Positions 1-10,602 of a stretch of 64,000 nucleotides of DNA are shown here, one piece after another (the first letter of the stretch is position 1; every line of letters starts with the position of its first letter). This DNA is from a virus (lineage: Duplodnaviria > Caudoviricetes): IMG/VR virus record IMGVR_UViG_3300022602_003472, positions 23 to 64,022 of that record; one strand, written 5' to 3'. The notes below the pieces were generated by a model. That model saw only the letters and a program-made list of their open reading frames with translations, did not search any database and had not been told where the DNA came from. Made by a program: the position numbers and the translations under genes.

Positions 1-1458
<1,458 letters not shown>

Positions 1459-1465
1459 CTACTCC

Positions 1466-1756
1466 TCAGTTTTCAATAACGGCAAAAAGTTCTTCTTCTT
1501 TGAGGACAAGTAGGTCTTGCCCGTCAATCTTGATCTGTGTGCCTGCGTACTTGCCAAACAACACGCGATCGTTCACGCTAACATCCAGCGGGATATAGTT
1601 GCCGCTATCATCCTTGGTCCCTTTGCCCACAGCCAGCACTGTGCCTTGATCAGGCTTCTCTGCTGCGGTGTCAGGGATGACGATGCCGCCCTTCGTGACA
1701 GTTTCACTGTCCACGCGCTTCACTATGACCCGATTATTAAGCGGTCTCAGTTCCAT
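1466..1756 (-). CDS. groES: Co-chaperonin GroES
   Basis: [14 protein letters not shown]...[22 protein letters not shown]...VLFGKYAGT, a typical Cpn10. AGGAG SD upstream. Confidence 0.97.
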   Translation of the reverse strand: MELRPLNNRVIVKRVDSETVTKGGIVIPDTAAEKPDQGTVLAVGKGTKDDSGNYIPLDVSVNDRVLFGKYAGTQIKIDGQDLLVLKEEELFAVIEN

Positions 1757-1783
1757 CGTAGTCTCCTATGGTTAAATGGAAAG

Positions 1784-1810
1784 CTAGCACTCCATGAGTG
1801 GCAGTGCTAA
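1784..1810. promoter_or_regulatory. CIRCE operator (HrcA binding site) in the groESL leader
   Basis: CTAGCACTC-catgagtgg-CAGTGCTAA versus consensus TTAGCACTC-N9-GAGTGCTAA: 8/9 match in each arm with an exact 9-bp spacer, located between the promoter and the groES start. Confidence 0.88.
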
Positions 1811-1818
1811 CAGCTCAT

Positions 1819-1847
1819 AATATAATCGGAGATTGATACAAAATCAA
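1819..1847 (-). promoter_or_regulatory. Sigma70-type promoter of groESL
   Basis: Minus strand reads TTGATT-N17-TATATT, ending 8 nt upstream of the CIRCE. Confidence 0.6.
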
Positions 1848-2190
1848 GAGCCGGTTACGCATGCGTCCACTCCTCCGGCGACCTTTATCGTAGGTCCGTT
1901 CACTGCCGCCTAATACCACCTGCTCACGCAGCTGGCGCTTATCAAGCCTACGCACCCAGCGTCACGACCATGCCGTATAGTAGCGCCGTCAGGTCCCGGG
2001 ACCTAGGCTGCTGTGCTGCTCCAGCATGGAAAAGCAGTCAGCCACTAGCTCGTCACCAAGCGTTACTCGATAGATGCGCTGGACGACTGGGCTCTGGGCC
2101 CGCGCTCCCGAGTTGCCAGCTGTGCGGACCCTGGGTGTTGATCCTAGGCAGATTCCCATCAGCGGCAACTCTTCTGATGGCACACAGCTC
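1848..2190 (-). ncRNA. Putative large structured ncRNA of unknown family
   Basis: GC-rich intergenic segment with many helices: AGCUGUGUG/CGCACAGCU, CCAUCAG/CUGAUGG, an 8-bp pseudoknot GAGUUGCC/GGCAACUC, GGCUG/CAGCC, GCUGG/CCAGC, GACCU/AGGUC. A G-U pair favours the minus strand. A TAAACT late-promoter-like hexamer lies 6 nt upstream. Confidence 0.55.
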
Positions 2191-2199
2191 AGCATTAGT

Positions 2200-3372
2200 T
2201 TATGCCTGATTGGTATTTTCGCAAGCTGCGACCAAAGCTGCGTGCATCTCAGGATTTACCTCAGCAAAGCTTTCATTGCGAAGCTGGTCTAATCTTGATA
2301 TAGATCTTAATACTTCTGCTGATGTGAGATTGGGTGGTTGCCTTAACTGGGAAATTATTGTGTTCTTGTTATGCATGATCACCATAGACTCGTCGTGATT
2401 TGACCATGCAGCCAATCGGTCACATATCACAGTCTTTAAATCATCTGGCACATTGTTGAGTGCCAGATATGCAGGATCATATACCAAATGCCCCCAATGC
2501 TCATAGCGAGGCAGGATCTTTATCACTGTTTCCATAAAATCTATGGCAGTGTTGCAGTTAATCAATGACCACGATGTCAAAATGAGTAAGCTGTATCTGT
2601 GATTCAATACCGCTTGATAATGCAGCAAGTTTTCTAGCAACACTGACCAATCGGTGCCAGTGCGCTGGTAATCATTGATTGCTCCGATGCCATCAACGCT
2701 GCACTGCATTTCAATTGACTTGCACTGATCCAACAGAGACAGCATCTCTGCATCAAACAACACCGTGCAATTGGTAGTGATCACCACTTCTAGATTGCCC
2801 AAACCCTGTTGATCGTTGGCAATTCTTCTGAGCAGGTGTTTGAATGCATCTTGTTCAAGCGCAGGTTCACCGCCTACATATCTGAGCCTATCGAGCTTGC
2901 TGATATCAAAAGTTATACCAGTTAGATCTGGTCTCGACAGAGGCGTAGCACTCTTGCCCAAGGCTATTTCATCAACAATCCATTTGCTGCTGTTCCAGCT
3001 ACCACACATGCGACATTTAAGATTGCAGAGATTGCCAAAATCGTATTCTAACCAAACCAAACTGTGGTCAGTTGGTCGTCCATATCTCTCATTGAAAGCA
3101 ATGCGACTGGACCATGTGCCTATCTTCTCGTTTTGATAGCATTCCTTACAGCCTTTGATAGGCATGTTAGACAGCATTGCTGCCCTCAGCGAATCCATCC
3201 ACGCATGGTTGAATGGGTCTGGTTCATCCTTGGCCATGGGTTGACCAATTTGATGATTATCATCATGTGACCACTGGCAACAAGGCTGGCTGCCAAATCT
3301 TGGTTTATGCACCATATGTCTAAAAGGTGCAGCACAGTAAACATCATCATCAAGGTTAAATTTAGGTTCCAT
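2200..3372 (-). CDS. Radical SAM protein with N-terminal twitch/SPASM-like Cys domain
   Basis: CNLKCRMC (CxxxCxxC) and YVGGEP motifs; N-terminal YCAAPF...PCC...CKEC Cys cluster. Confidence 0.9.
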   Translation of the reverse strand: MEPKFNLDDDVYCAAPFRHMVHKPRFGSQPCCQWSHDDNHQIGQPMAKDEPDPFNHAWMDSLRAAMLSNMPIKGCKECYQNEKIGTWSSRIAFNERYGRPTDHSLVWLEYDFGNLCNLKCRMCGSWNSSKWIVDEIALGKSATPLSRPDLTGITFDISKLDRLRYVGGEPALEQDAFKHLLRRIANDQQGLGNLEVVITTNCTVLFDAEMLSLLDQCKSIEMQCSVDGIGAINDYQRTGTDWSVLLENLLHYQAVLNHRYSLLILTSWSLINCNTAIDFMETVIKILPRYEHWGHLVYDPAYLALNNVPDDLKTVICDRLAAWSNHDESMVIMHNKNTIISQLRQPPNLTSAEVLRSISRLDQLRNESFAEVNPEMHAALVAACENTNQA

Positions 3373-3410
3373 AGCAGGTATTTACTTGCAATCTCAACAT
3401 GGTATGATAC

Positions 3411-3434
3411 AAAATCGCAGCCTTGACAGCTGCG
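3411..3434 (-). terminator. Probable intrinsic terminator after the AAA ATPase gene
   Basis: Minus strand CGCAGC-TGTCAAG-GCTGCG followed by ATTTT. Confidence 0.5.
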
Positions 3435-3462
3435 TCTTGCTTCGCAGAAGCTACTATCAGTA

Positions 3463-4485
3463 TCAAGCTGCCTTGCGGTGGCAGTTCTTTTCCACGAAAC
3501 GCTTCCAGTTACCAGGCATGGCCTTGCGCAAATCAGCGATCTTCAGCACCATGCGCAGGCTCAGCTCACGCAACTGCTTGCTGTGGTCATTGATATAGCC
3601 CATGACCTCAGCCTTGGTATCTGCGTCGAAGCCATAGCTGCCCAGCATGTTGCTGCGTTCGACCACATTGCGGATGTGCAGCAGTTTCTCACGAGCAGTG
3701 TCAATGCCGATGTCCATGTAATGGCAGCGGCTCATGATAGCCTCCAGGTGGTTGCCAATGCGTGCGCTCTTGATCTGATCAAACTTCACGTTGGTGATGA
3801 AGATAACACCGCCCTTGTATTCGAAGCTGTTGGGGATGTCCTTGCGCTCCAGATGCAGGCTGCGTGTGTTCCAGCTGATGCGCCGCGTCTTCTTGCTGTC
3901 CAGTGCTGCTTTCAGCACGTTCAAGCTGTCTTCGTCGTAGAGCACACCATCACAGTCGTCAAACACCAGCACCTGGCTGTCTTCACGGTATTCCCAGAGC
4001 TTCTCATACAGCACAGCAGCACTGATGCCACCGCTGATCACTTCATACATCTTGCCCTGTCCAGTGAGCTTGCCCAGCATGTCCAGCGTTTCATGTAGCG
4101 TGGTCTCCACGGTATGGCTCTTGCCGATGCCAGCAGGACCGCTGACCACCAAGCCCTTGACCGTGTTGCTAGCCACAGCCTTGGTCATCTCACCCAGGAT
4201 CTCAAACGTCTCGCGCTGATCGTGTGCAATCTCATCGTCGGTCTTGCTCAGCATTGGCGTTGTACTAGGCGAACCAGCATCCTTGGTAGTAGGTTGGAAG
4301 CAGTGGATGCCTTCCATGTAAACGCGGTTGCGCCCAGCGCGGAGATCAGCACCACCGTCACTGTCAACAGTGATGTACATGCCGTCCTTGTCGCGCTTGA
4401 GATTGTCCAGCAAGAGGAACGCACGGTCCGTGATAGTAGCCCCACCGCGGGTCCAACCTGAGCTAATGCGCACATACTGTTCCAT
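3463..4485 (-). CDS. AAA+ family ATPase (probable early gene)
   Basis: Walker A SGPAGIGKS, Walker B VLVFDDCD, sensor FITN, SRC Arg-finger. GGAGA SD and a sigma70 promoter upstream. Confidence 0.85.
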   Translation of the reverse strand: MEQYVRISSGWTRGGATITDRAFLLLDNLKRDKDGMYITVDSDGGADLRAGRNRVYMEGIHCFQPTTKDAGSPSTTPMLSKTDDEIAHDQRETFEILGEMTKAVASNTVKGLVVSGPAGIGKSHTVETTLHETLDMLGKLTGQGKMYEVISGGISAAVLYEKLWEYREDSQVLVFDDCDGVLYDEDSLNVLKAALDSKKTRRISWNTRSLHLERKDIPNSFEYKGGVIFITNVKFDQIKSARIGNHLEAIMSRCHYMDIGIDTAREKLLHIRNVVERSNMLGSYGFDADTKAEVMGYINDHSKQLRELSLRMVLKIADLRKAMPGNWKRFVEKNCHRKAA

Positions 4486-4518
4486 GAGAATCTCCGTAGC
4501 TGTTGCTCTAATACGTGC

Positions 4519-4546
4519 ATATTAGCACACTGCTACGGTCTGTCAA
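4519..4546 (-). promoter_or_regulatory. Sigma70-like early promoter
   Basis: TTGACA-N16 (ending TGC, extended -10)-TAATAT upstream of the ATPase gene. Confidence 0.7.
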
Positions 4547-4647
4547 GCACTAATTTTCCAAAATATCTCACTGAAATCATTGACAAAAATACGGAAAAAG
4601 ATGTAAAAATTACCGAGTTAAATTTAATAAGAGGCAGAATAAATCAC

Positions 4648-5121
4648 TTAGGATCCAAGCATACCTTGGTCTAATGTTACTGTTTCCATTCCGACCACTC
4701 GTAATCTGATGATATTAGATATGTTATATGATTTCTGTTCCAACCCTTTAATGAGAGCCAGATACTTGTTGCGCACCAGCGCAACTTCGTTGATCAGCGT
4801 GGCCATGGTGACCACGTCATCCTCACCATCTATGTATTTCTCGATGCTGCGATCAGTTAGCTCGCGCTGATAGCGTTCCAGATACCTGCGATAGTGATCG
4901 CTGCGCATCTTGTCATAGCGTATGTTGAGATGTTTGAGTATGGCTTCAACTTCCTGGAGCTGACCAAAACGATAGGCCATGATACCGCTGAGCTCCTGGG
5001 CAGCACGTTCAATGCCACCAATGATCTTGGCTTCAACCCAGGCAGTCTCCAGCTGTTTCTGGAACCAGTCGATGGCATCAGGCAGTTGCCCCATGTCATC
5101 GACTATCTTGTTGTACCACAT
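4648..5121 (-). CDS. uvsY: UvsY-like recombination mediator
   Basis: 157 aa helical protein (YLERYQRELTDRSIEKYIDGEDD...LIKGLEQKSYNISNIIRLRVVG) near uvsX, with T4 UvsY-like C-terminus. Confidence 0.8.
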   Translation of the reverse strand: MWYNKIVDDMGQLPDAIDWFQKQLETAWVEAKIIGGIERAAQELSGIMAYRFGQLQEVEAILKHLNIRYDKMRSDHYRRYLERYQRELTDRSIEKYIDGEDDVVTMATLINEVALVRNKYLALIKGLEQKSYNISNIIRLRVVGMETVTLDQGMLGS

Positions 5122-5331
5122 TTAGATACCAAACTTGTTGTAGAGTTCCCAGAGTTTCCAATCCAATCTCTGAAGGTACTGTAGCATAGCAAACTGTACT
5201 TCTAACTGCACTATGGCAATATCCTTGGATTCACGAGATTCTATGGCCTTGTCTATCTTCTCCTTGAGATCACTAATAAACGTGTCTCCTTGAATGGAAA
5301 TAGAATCAGAGTTGGCTTTCATTACCATCAT
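5122..5331 (-). CDS. Hypothetical protein
   Basis: Small ORF tightly packed in the uvsX-uvsY operon. Confidence 0.6.
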   Translation of the reverse strand: MMVMKANSDSISIQGDTFISDLKEKIDKAIESRESKDIAIVQLEVQFAMLQYLQRLDWKLWELYNKFGI

Positions 5332-5576
5332 TCATCCTCATAGGATAGTTCGTCATCATAGTCATCATAACCAGCTGACTCACCAGTGTACTGTGCTTCA
5401 ATAGCACTGTCAAGGTGCTCATCTTCACCATGTATGGCTTCAAAATCGTCTCGGTCCATGCCCTTGTCTGCGAAGATGTTGACCAGCTTGCGGGCCATGT
5501 CTTCTCGTTTGTTGTTGGGAAGCAATTCACTGACCACTTCCCAGACTTCCAGCATCAAGCTTGCGCTAACGTTCAT
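5328..5576 (-). CDS. Hypothetical acidic protein
   Basis: 82 aa ORF with GGAGG SD and ATGA overlap with the next gene; acidic tail. Confidence 0.7.
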   Translation of the reverse strand: MNVSASLMLEVWEVVSELLPNNKREDMARKLVNIFADKGMDRDDFEAIHGEDEHLDSAIEAQYTGESAGYDDYDDELSYEDE

Positions 5577-5579
5577 ATA

Positions 5580-6668
5580 TCAATCCTCCGATGGTGCGAT
5601 ATCTTGATCATCAGCGTCTGGATCTACAACATCCTGGGCGACAACCACCTTGCTCTCGTCCCATTCAGTCATGATCAGATCCAACAGCTCATCGCTGACG
5701 CCAGACCGGAAGTACTTATGTTCCTTGCCTGTCTTGTCGGTGTACTTGAGCTTGTTGCCATCCTTGACCAACACACCTTTCTTTTCAAACATTTCAATGA
5801 GGCCGCTGTACTCATTCATGCCAGTGTCCCAGGGGATCTTGATCTCCACGCTTTCAAACGGCTTGTTGTAGCGCGTCTTCATGATCTTACAGGCTGCACG
5901 GATACCTCGCACGTCTGTGACCTTCTTGCCTTCTTCATCTTCCTTGAGCTTGAGCTTGCGCATGGCTACCACGATAGATGAAGCATACACGAAACCCTGA
6001 CCGCCTGAGATCTTGTCATCTGGATCAAACATGTCCTGTGACGCATAGGTATGGTTGGTAACCACCAAGCCCACGTCATACTCGCCAAACATGTTCACGC
6101 AGTTGCGCACCAATGCTGCCAGTGCCTTGGGCTTGCGACCCATGTCACCCTTCATCTCGCCAGCTTCAAACTGATTGACGTCTGTGGGTGTCAGCAACAT
6201 GCCCAGACTGTCCAGCACGAACAGGATCTTTGGACGCTCTTCTGGGTCAACCTTGTCAAACCTGCTCTTGTAGTCCTTCATGAAGTCGCTGACCAAACGA
6301 GCAACATCGTCGATCATGGCCATGTTTACCTTGAGCAGCTTTTCTTCGCTTGTATCAACGCCCAGTGGCTTGAGCCAGTTCTCGTCAAGTGCGTTCTCTG
6401 TATCGATCAAGATCGGGAACACACCCGCTCGCTGAGCGTTTCTTATGACGTTGCCTGAGCAGATATAGCTTTTGCCGGAACCAGATTGTCCAGCGAACAT
6501 GGTGACCTTGCCCAACGGGATACCGTTCTTGAAGTCACCACTGATAGCATAGTTTAGTGCGTAATTACCGCTGTGGATCCAAGTCTTTGGATCATGGAAA
6601 CCAAGGCTGAGACTGGGAATGGTCTTGGCGATGTCTTTCCTGAATCGCGAAATGTCAAATGGTTTCAT
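5580..6668 (-). CDS. uvsX: UvsX/RecA-like recombinase
   Basis: Walker A AGQSGSGKS, IDTENALD, FVLDSLG, VTNHTY, SGGQGFVYASS. Confidence 0.95.
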   Translation of the reverse strand: MKPFDISRFRKDIAKTIPSLSLGFHDPKTWIHSGNYALNYAISGDFKNGIPLGKVTMFAGQSGSGKSYICSGNVIRNAQRAGVFPILIDTENALDENWLKPLGVDTSEEKLLKVNMAMIDDVARLVSDFMKDYKSRFDKVDPEERPKILFVLDSLGMLLTPTDVNQFEAGEMKGDMGRKPKALAALVRNCVNMFGEYDVGLVVTNHTYASQDMFDPDDKISGGQGFVYASSIVVAMRKLKLKEDEEGKKVTDVRGIRAACKIMKTRYNKPFESVEIKIPWDTGMNEYSGLIEMFEKKGVLVKDGNKLKYTDKTGKEHKYFRSGVSDELLDLIMTEWDESKVVVAQDVVDPDADDQDIAPSED

Positions 6669-6693
6669 ATTTTGCTCCTGTGATCATGTGGTA

Positions 6694-6717
6694 GGATGGG
6701 CGAGTGGTTGCCCATCC
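6694..6717. terminator. Hairpin between gp32 and uvsX (terminator or processing site)
   Basis: GGATGGGC-N8-GCCCATCC inverted repeat; no clear U-tract. Confidence 0.35.
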
Positions 6718-6730
6718 CAACTGTTATGGA

Positions 6731-7780
6731 TTAAGATTGACCGCCGAGCTTGCGTGCGCGGATAGCTGCCAGGATGTCATCTGGTGAGCTTAGCTTTGGC
6801 TTGTCGCCTGCTGGTGCCGCTGCTGCTTTTGGAGGATCCACATCAAATGGAGCTTCGTCCACAGGAGCTGCCTTGGGAGCTGCACGTTCCATGATGCTGG
6901 CTGCTGTGACTGGTTTGGTCACAGGTGCTGCCACAGTGTTGGCAGTGGCATCATCGTTGTTGCTAGCAAAAGCATCCATGCGCATGCCGTTTGGACGATA
7001 GAACTGTCCCCAACGATCCGCATCATAGAGCTCTTCGTTCACTGATGCTTCAAACAGTTCCATGATGGCTGCGAGATGCGCATCATCTGGCTTCTTTGGA
7101 AGGAAGCTGTTGAGCGTGAACAAGCCGTGCTTTTCCACTGCGCTCAGCTCATCTTCACTGAGGGCACGTTCCTTCATTGACCAACTAGAGCTGCTATAAT
7201 TGGCATAACCTCCCTTAGTTGTCTTGCTAAGGTAAAAATCACGTCCAGATGCGTAATCAGTAGGGCTATTCTCAAGGTCCTGACGCATAAGGATTGCCTT
7301 AATAGCATCAAACACGCTAGGATTGATGATAAATCTCCGGATTGGATTTTCCGGTGTGTTATCATCCTTGTTAGGATTCTGCGTGACAAAACCCTGGAAC
7401 ACATAGCTCTTCTTCCGCCAGTACTTGCGAGCCATATCTTCCAAAGTAGGATCCTTCCACCATGGACGTGTTTCGGCTGCGATGGGGCAGCTGCCCGGCT
7501 TCCACATGTCCATGCAAGGAACCTGCACTTCAACTGGACGAGCATCATTTTGCCCCTTGACTCCAGGGAATGGAATCTTGATGATGAGCCGTTCCACCCA
7601 GAAGAAGTCGTTGGTGTCGTCGCCGTCCGGGAGAAACCTCAGAGTGGCAGTGGAGCCCTCTGGGTTGTTCCAGAATGGATAGATTGAATTGTCTCCGGTA
7701 AATGTGCCGCCCTTGGAGCGGTCTTTGCGAGCCTGTTGCTCGAGTAGTTTAGCTTGTATAGCTTTAAGGTCTAATCCCAT
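6731..7780 (-). CDS. gp32: gp32-like single-stranded DNA binding protein
   Basis: ATLRFLPDGD...FFWVER...CPI...YWRKKSYVFQGFV...GGYANYSSS; adjacent to uvsX; AGGAGG SD. Confidence 0.9.
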   Translation of the reverse strand: MGLDLKAIQAKLLEQQARKDRSKGGTFTGDNSIYPFWNNPEGSTATLRFLPDGDDTNDFFWVERLIIKIPFPGVKGQNDARPVEVQVPCMDMWKPGSCPIAAETRPWWKDPTLEDMARKYWRKKSYVFQGFVTQNPNKDDNTPENPIRRFIINPSVFDAIKAILMRQDLENSPTDYASGRDFYLSKTTKGGYANYSSSSWSMKERALSEDELSAVEKHGLFTLNSFLPKKPDDAHLAAIMELFEASVNEELYDADRWGQFYRPNGMRMDAFASNNDDATANTVAAPVTKPVTAASIMERAAPKAAPVDEAPFDVDPPKAAAAPAGDKPKLSSPDDILAAIRARKLGGQS

Positions 7781-7905
7781 GATAATGTGCCTCCTATGTG
7801 TGCTTTCATGTGCCTAATTGAGTTATAGACAGTCAGCAACGTGATATTGCTAACTGACAGTGTATTTATGCCGCAGCGCTTGTCAAGTGTCAATATTGGT
7901 GATGC

Positions 7906-8937
7906 TTAAACTAAGCCAGCAAGTTCTTCCAATCGCAGGATCTCAATATCCATTGGATCGTCCTTTGGTTCAGCTGGCTTAACTGTGTATCCATTACTGA
8001 TCAGATAGCGTGCCGCTGCTTCTAACGATCCTAATGCACCATCGTCATCTTGTTGACAACCGCAGGTCTCAGCCAAGCTGTTGCGTAGTACTATCACCGT
8101 TTCAGCTGGGGCATTCATGGTTGCTTTGGCAAGATTGGCAATGCCAGTGGCATAACCTTTGCTGCCGCTGAGCCTCTTGCTTTCTTTGGCTAGCTGCTCA
8201 AGTGCTCCCTTTACCTGTAAGCTGAGGTCAGCATCCTTGCCTCGCATCAGCTTGTTGGCTTTCTTAAGCTTGATGAAATCTTCGCTCATCTTGAGGATGG
8301 CCTTGGCAGTGTGATCGTTGTAGCGACCTTCGTTGGCAAGGTGGCGCGCCATGGCACGTGCACCCGCGATGTGAGGGTGAGGATAATTGAAACGTTCACC
8401 CAGCTTGGTTTCTATGAAGATGTTCTTGATATGGCGCCAACGGCTGCCCTTCTTTTCTTCGTTCACGGGATCGGTATGTCTTATGATCAGCTTGCTGTTG
8501 CCAATTTGCTGATAGCTGCTCTTGGTGCTGCCATATGGCTTGCTGATGTCGCGGCTTTCTTGTATGTTGTTCACGGCGTCCTCTCGCGGATCAATGTCAT
8601 GATCAAACTTGTACCAGTTGACGCTGAGATTCTCACGATCGCCAATGTTGTTTTGTAAGCTGTCTTTGATCTTTACAACAGTGTTGAAATCTTGGTCATC
8701 GGCTAGATCAGGCGTCTTGATGTCCATGTGGCTGTTGGTATCTTCGTTGTGTAGGCTGACCAGTATGTTAAAGGTATCAAGATTGGGATCATGGCTGGGT
8801 ACCGTGGCAAAGAATCGTGTAGCATCGTGCGGATCCATGGTCTTGTCGCCGCCCTTGTCAAACATCTGGAGGCGATATCCTCTGCCTCGCAGTATGCCAA
8901 AGATCTTGTCGCCTATGATGTCCCAGTTGTGATTCAT
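7906..8937 (-). CDS. Jumbo-phage hypothetical protein, probable virion/head component
   Basis: 343 aa; TAAATA late motif 7 nt upstream; C-terminus ILRLEELAGLV resembles the scaffold C-terminus. Confidence 0.7.
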   Translation of the reverse strand: MNHNWDIIGDKIFGILRGRGYRLQMFDKGGDKTMDPHDATRFFATVPSHDPNLDTFNILVSLHNEDTNSHMDIKTPDLADDQDFNTVVKIKDSLQNNIGDRENLSVNWYKFDHDIDPREDAVNNIQESRDISKPYGSTKSSYQQIGNSKLIIRHTDPVNEEKKGSRWRHIKNIFIETKLGERFNYPHPHIAGARAMARHLANEGRYNDHTAKAILKMSEDFIKLKKANKLMRGKDADLSLQVKGALEQLAKESKRLSGSKGYATGIANLAKATMNAPAETVIVLRNSLAETCGCQQDDDGALGSLEAAARYLISNGYTVKPAEPKDDPMDIEILRLEELAGLV

Positions 8938-8952
8938 GATGACATATTTAGT

Positions 8953-10539
8953 TTAGTAACCAAAGCTGATCGGCATGGGTTCATCAACTTGCTCAATGAA
9001 TTCATCCTTCATGAGATTGCCAATGTTCTCATCCCAGCGTGTGACCATCTGCATCATTCGAATGCATAGGATGGTTGCCATAACTGCGTCGTCGTTTTCG
9101 CCTACTTTGCCCTCAAAGCTGTTGCCTTTGGCCACGAAAAACTTTAACTGTCGTACCAATGTTTTGCTGCGTAGATCAAGTTTGTTGCTTTCCACGAGGC
9201 TCTTCATCTTGGTGCATGCCATGGCCTTGCTGCGCACGTTGGTATTCAGTCCTCTGCGCAGCCTTGCCACTCCCTTGACTTTTGGTTCGTGTAGCCAGAT
9301 GGCATTAAAGCTTTCTTCGCCCATCTCATCTATGGTCACGATTGCGGCTTCGCCCCAGCTGTTGTTTTCTAATGTAAAGTAAATCTCTGGTTCGCCCCGC
9401 TGATCGGTGAGCTTGCGCATCTCACTGTGTATGAAGTTTATGATGCTCTGCATGGTCTTGACCTGCTGAGGTATGCTGGTGCGATTGTGTGTCCACTCTG
9501 CTACCTGTACCATGTCTGGAAGGCTGAAAACCTGTATGCAGCTGAAATCTTTACCAACACCTGCGCTGGGATCCAGCGCTATTAGATAGGTCTTGTTGGC
9601 TTTGATCTGGTCATACCAGCGTGTCTGTCCTGTTTTGAACAACGGCTCAACTCCTTGTAATTGCAACAGGGTGCTGGCATTGATCAGCGTCTCATCAGCT
9701 GTCACAAACTCGCATCCATATTCTCGGCGAAATCTATCCACCGTGATCTTAGCACGTTCCTTGTCTGCCCAAACTTCGTCTCTGCCTGGTACTTCACTGT
9801 AGTGAGCGGTGAATGCTGCGAACCCATTGATTCCAAGACCATCTGGCGTATCATTACCATAATCGTCAACGGTTTTATTAGCGCCAAACCAAATCTCAGC
9901 GAATTTGTCTTCGTCACTGTTAGGGGTGCTGGTTATGATGCACTTACCACCAGTTGCCAGAGTGGGGCTCATCGCTGTCCAAAACTCGTCAGCGATGCGA
10001 GGTTTCACGAACGCAAACTCGTCTAAGTAAAGCAGCGAGATACTCATGCCACGTCCGCTATCCGGAGTGGTCGTGGTGGCTTTGATTCGAGAACCATTGT
10101 CAAATTTAATGTCCTGCACGTTATAGGTAGCTACACCAGCACGCAACCAATCAGGTAGTTCTTCGTATGCGAATTTCACACGATCCATGATTTCATTAGC
10201 CGCACGGAACTTGTTCGCAGCAATTAGAACCGTGACATCGTCATTGAACATGGCATACCATAGCAGATATCCTGCTGCTGTTGTAGTCTTACCGCTTTGG
10301 CGAGGCAATAACGCTACAACTGAAGTGTTCTTCCAATAGGAGTAAACCAATCTCTTTTGGTATTCATAGGCTTCAAATGCTATGCGCCCCTTGGTAGGAT
10401 GCTGTATCTTCATGTAATTTTCCATGAAGTACAACGGATCCTTGGCACAGCGTGCTATCTCACGTATCTGATGTGCTGTGTACGCAGTCTTCTTGTTAGC
10501 CTGCTTTACCAGCTGAAAATCTATATCGTTCTTAGCCAT
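8953..10539 (-). CDS. terL: Terminase large subunit (gp17-like)
   Basis: Walker A PRQSGKTT, Walker B LLYLDEFAF, ITSTPN, nuclease motifs ALDPSAGVGKD and DDAVMA. Confidence 0.96.
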   Translation of the reverse strand: MAKNDIDFQLVKQANKKTAYTAHQIREIARCAKDPLYFMENYMKIQHPTKGRIAFEAYEYQKRLVYSYWKNTSVVALLPRQSGKTTTAAGYLLWYAMFNDDVTVLIAANKFRAANEIMDRVKFAYEELPDWLRAGVATYNVQDIKFDNGSRIKATTTTPDSGRGMSISLLYLDEFAFVKPRIADEFWTAMSPTLATGGKCIITSTPNSDEDKFAEIWFGANKTVDDYGNDTPDGLGINGFAAFTAHYSEVPGRDEVWADKERAKITVDRFRREYGCEFVTADETLINASTLLQLQGVEPLFKTGQTRWYDQIKANKTYLIALDPSAGVGKDFSCIQVFSLPDMVQVAEWTHNRTSIPQQVKTMQSIINFIHSEMRKLTDQRGEPEIYFTLENNSWGEAAIVTIDEMGEESFNAIWLHEPKVKGVARLRRGLNTNVRSKAMACTKMKSLVESNKLDLRSKTLVRQLKFFVAKGNSFEGKVGENDDAVMATILCIRMMQMVTRWDENIGNLMKDEFIEQVDEPMPISFGY

Positions 10540-10553
10540 GCGTTACTCAAGCA

Positions 10554-10576
10554 AACAGCGGCATTATGCCGCTGTT
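10554..10576. terminator. Perfect hairpin between the 397 aa ORF and terL
   Basis: AACAGCGGCA-TTA-TGCCGCTGTT. Confidence 0.5.
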
Positions 10577-10602
10577 ACTTATGGTTAAATTATGCAAATA
10601 GG

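Noticed and set aside
1848-2190. tmRNA, RNase P RNA, SRP RNA, tRNA or hammerhead identity for the structured region
   Set aside because: No tRNA-like ends or T-loop, no GAGGAAAGUCC, no SRP helix-8 motif; CUGAUGG lies in a stem and does not match the CUGANGA...GAAA core.
1970-2292. Small ORFs 1970..2209 (+), 1989..2195 (-) and 2074..2292 (+) as proteins or rSAM precursor peptides
   Set aside because: No SD, atypical composition, and overlap with a region better explained by RNA structure. Not fully excluded.
8953-10539. Intron or intein in terminase (also considered for UvsX, portal and capsid)
   Set aside because: The ORFs are continuous and of normal length, with no intein splice motifs.
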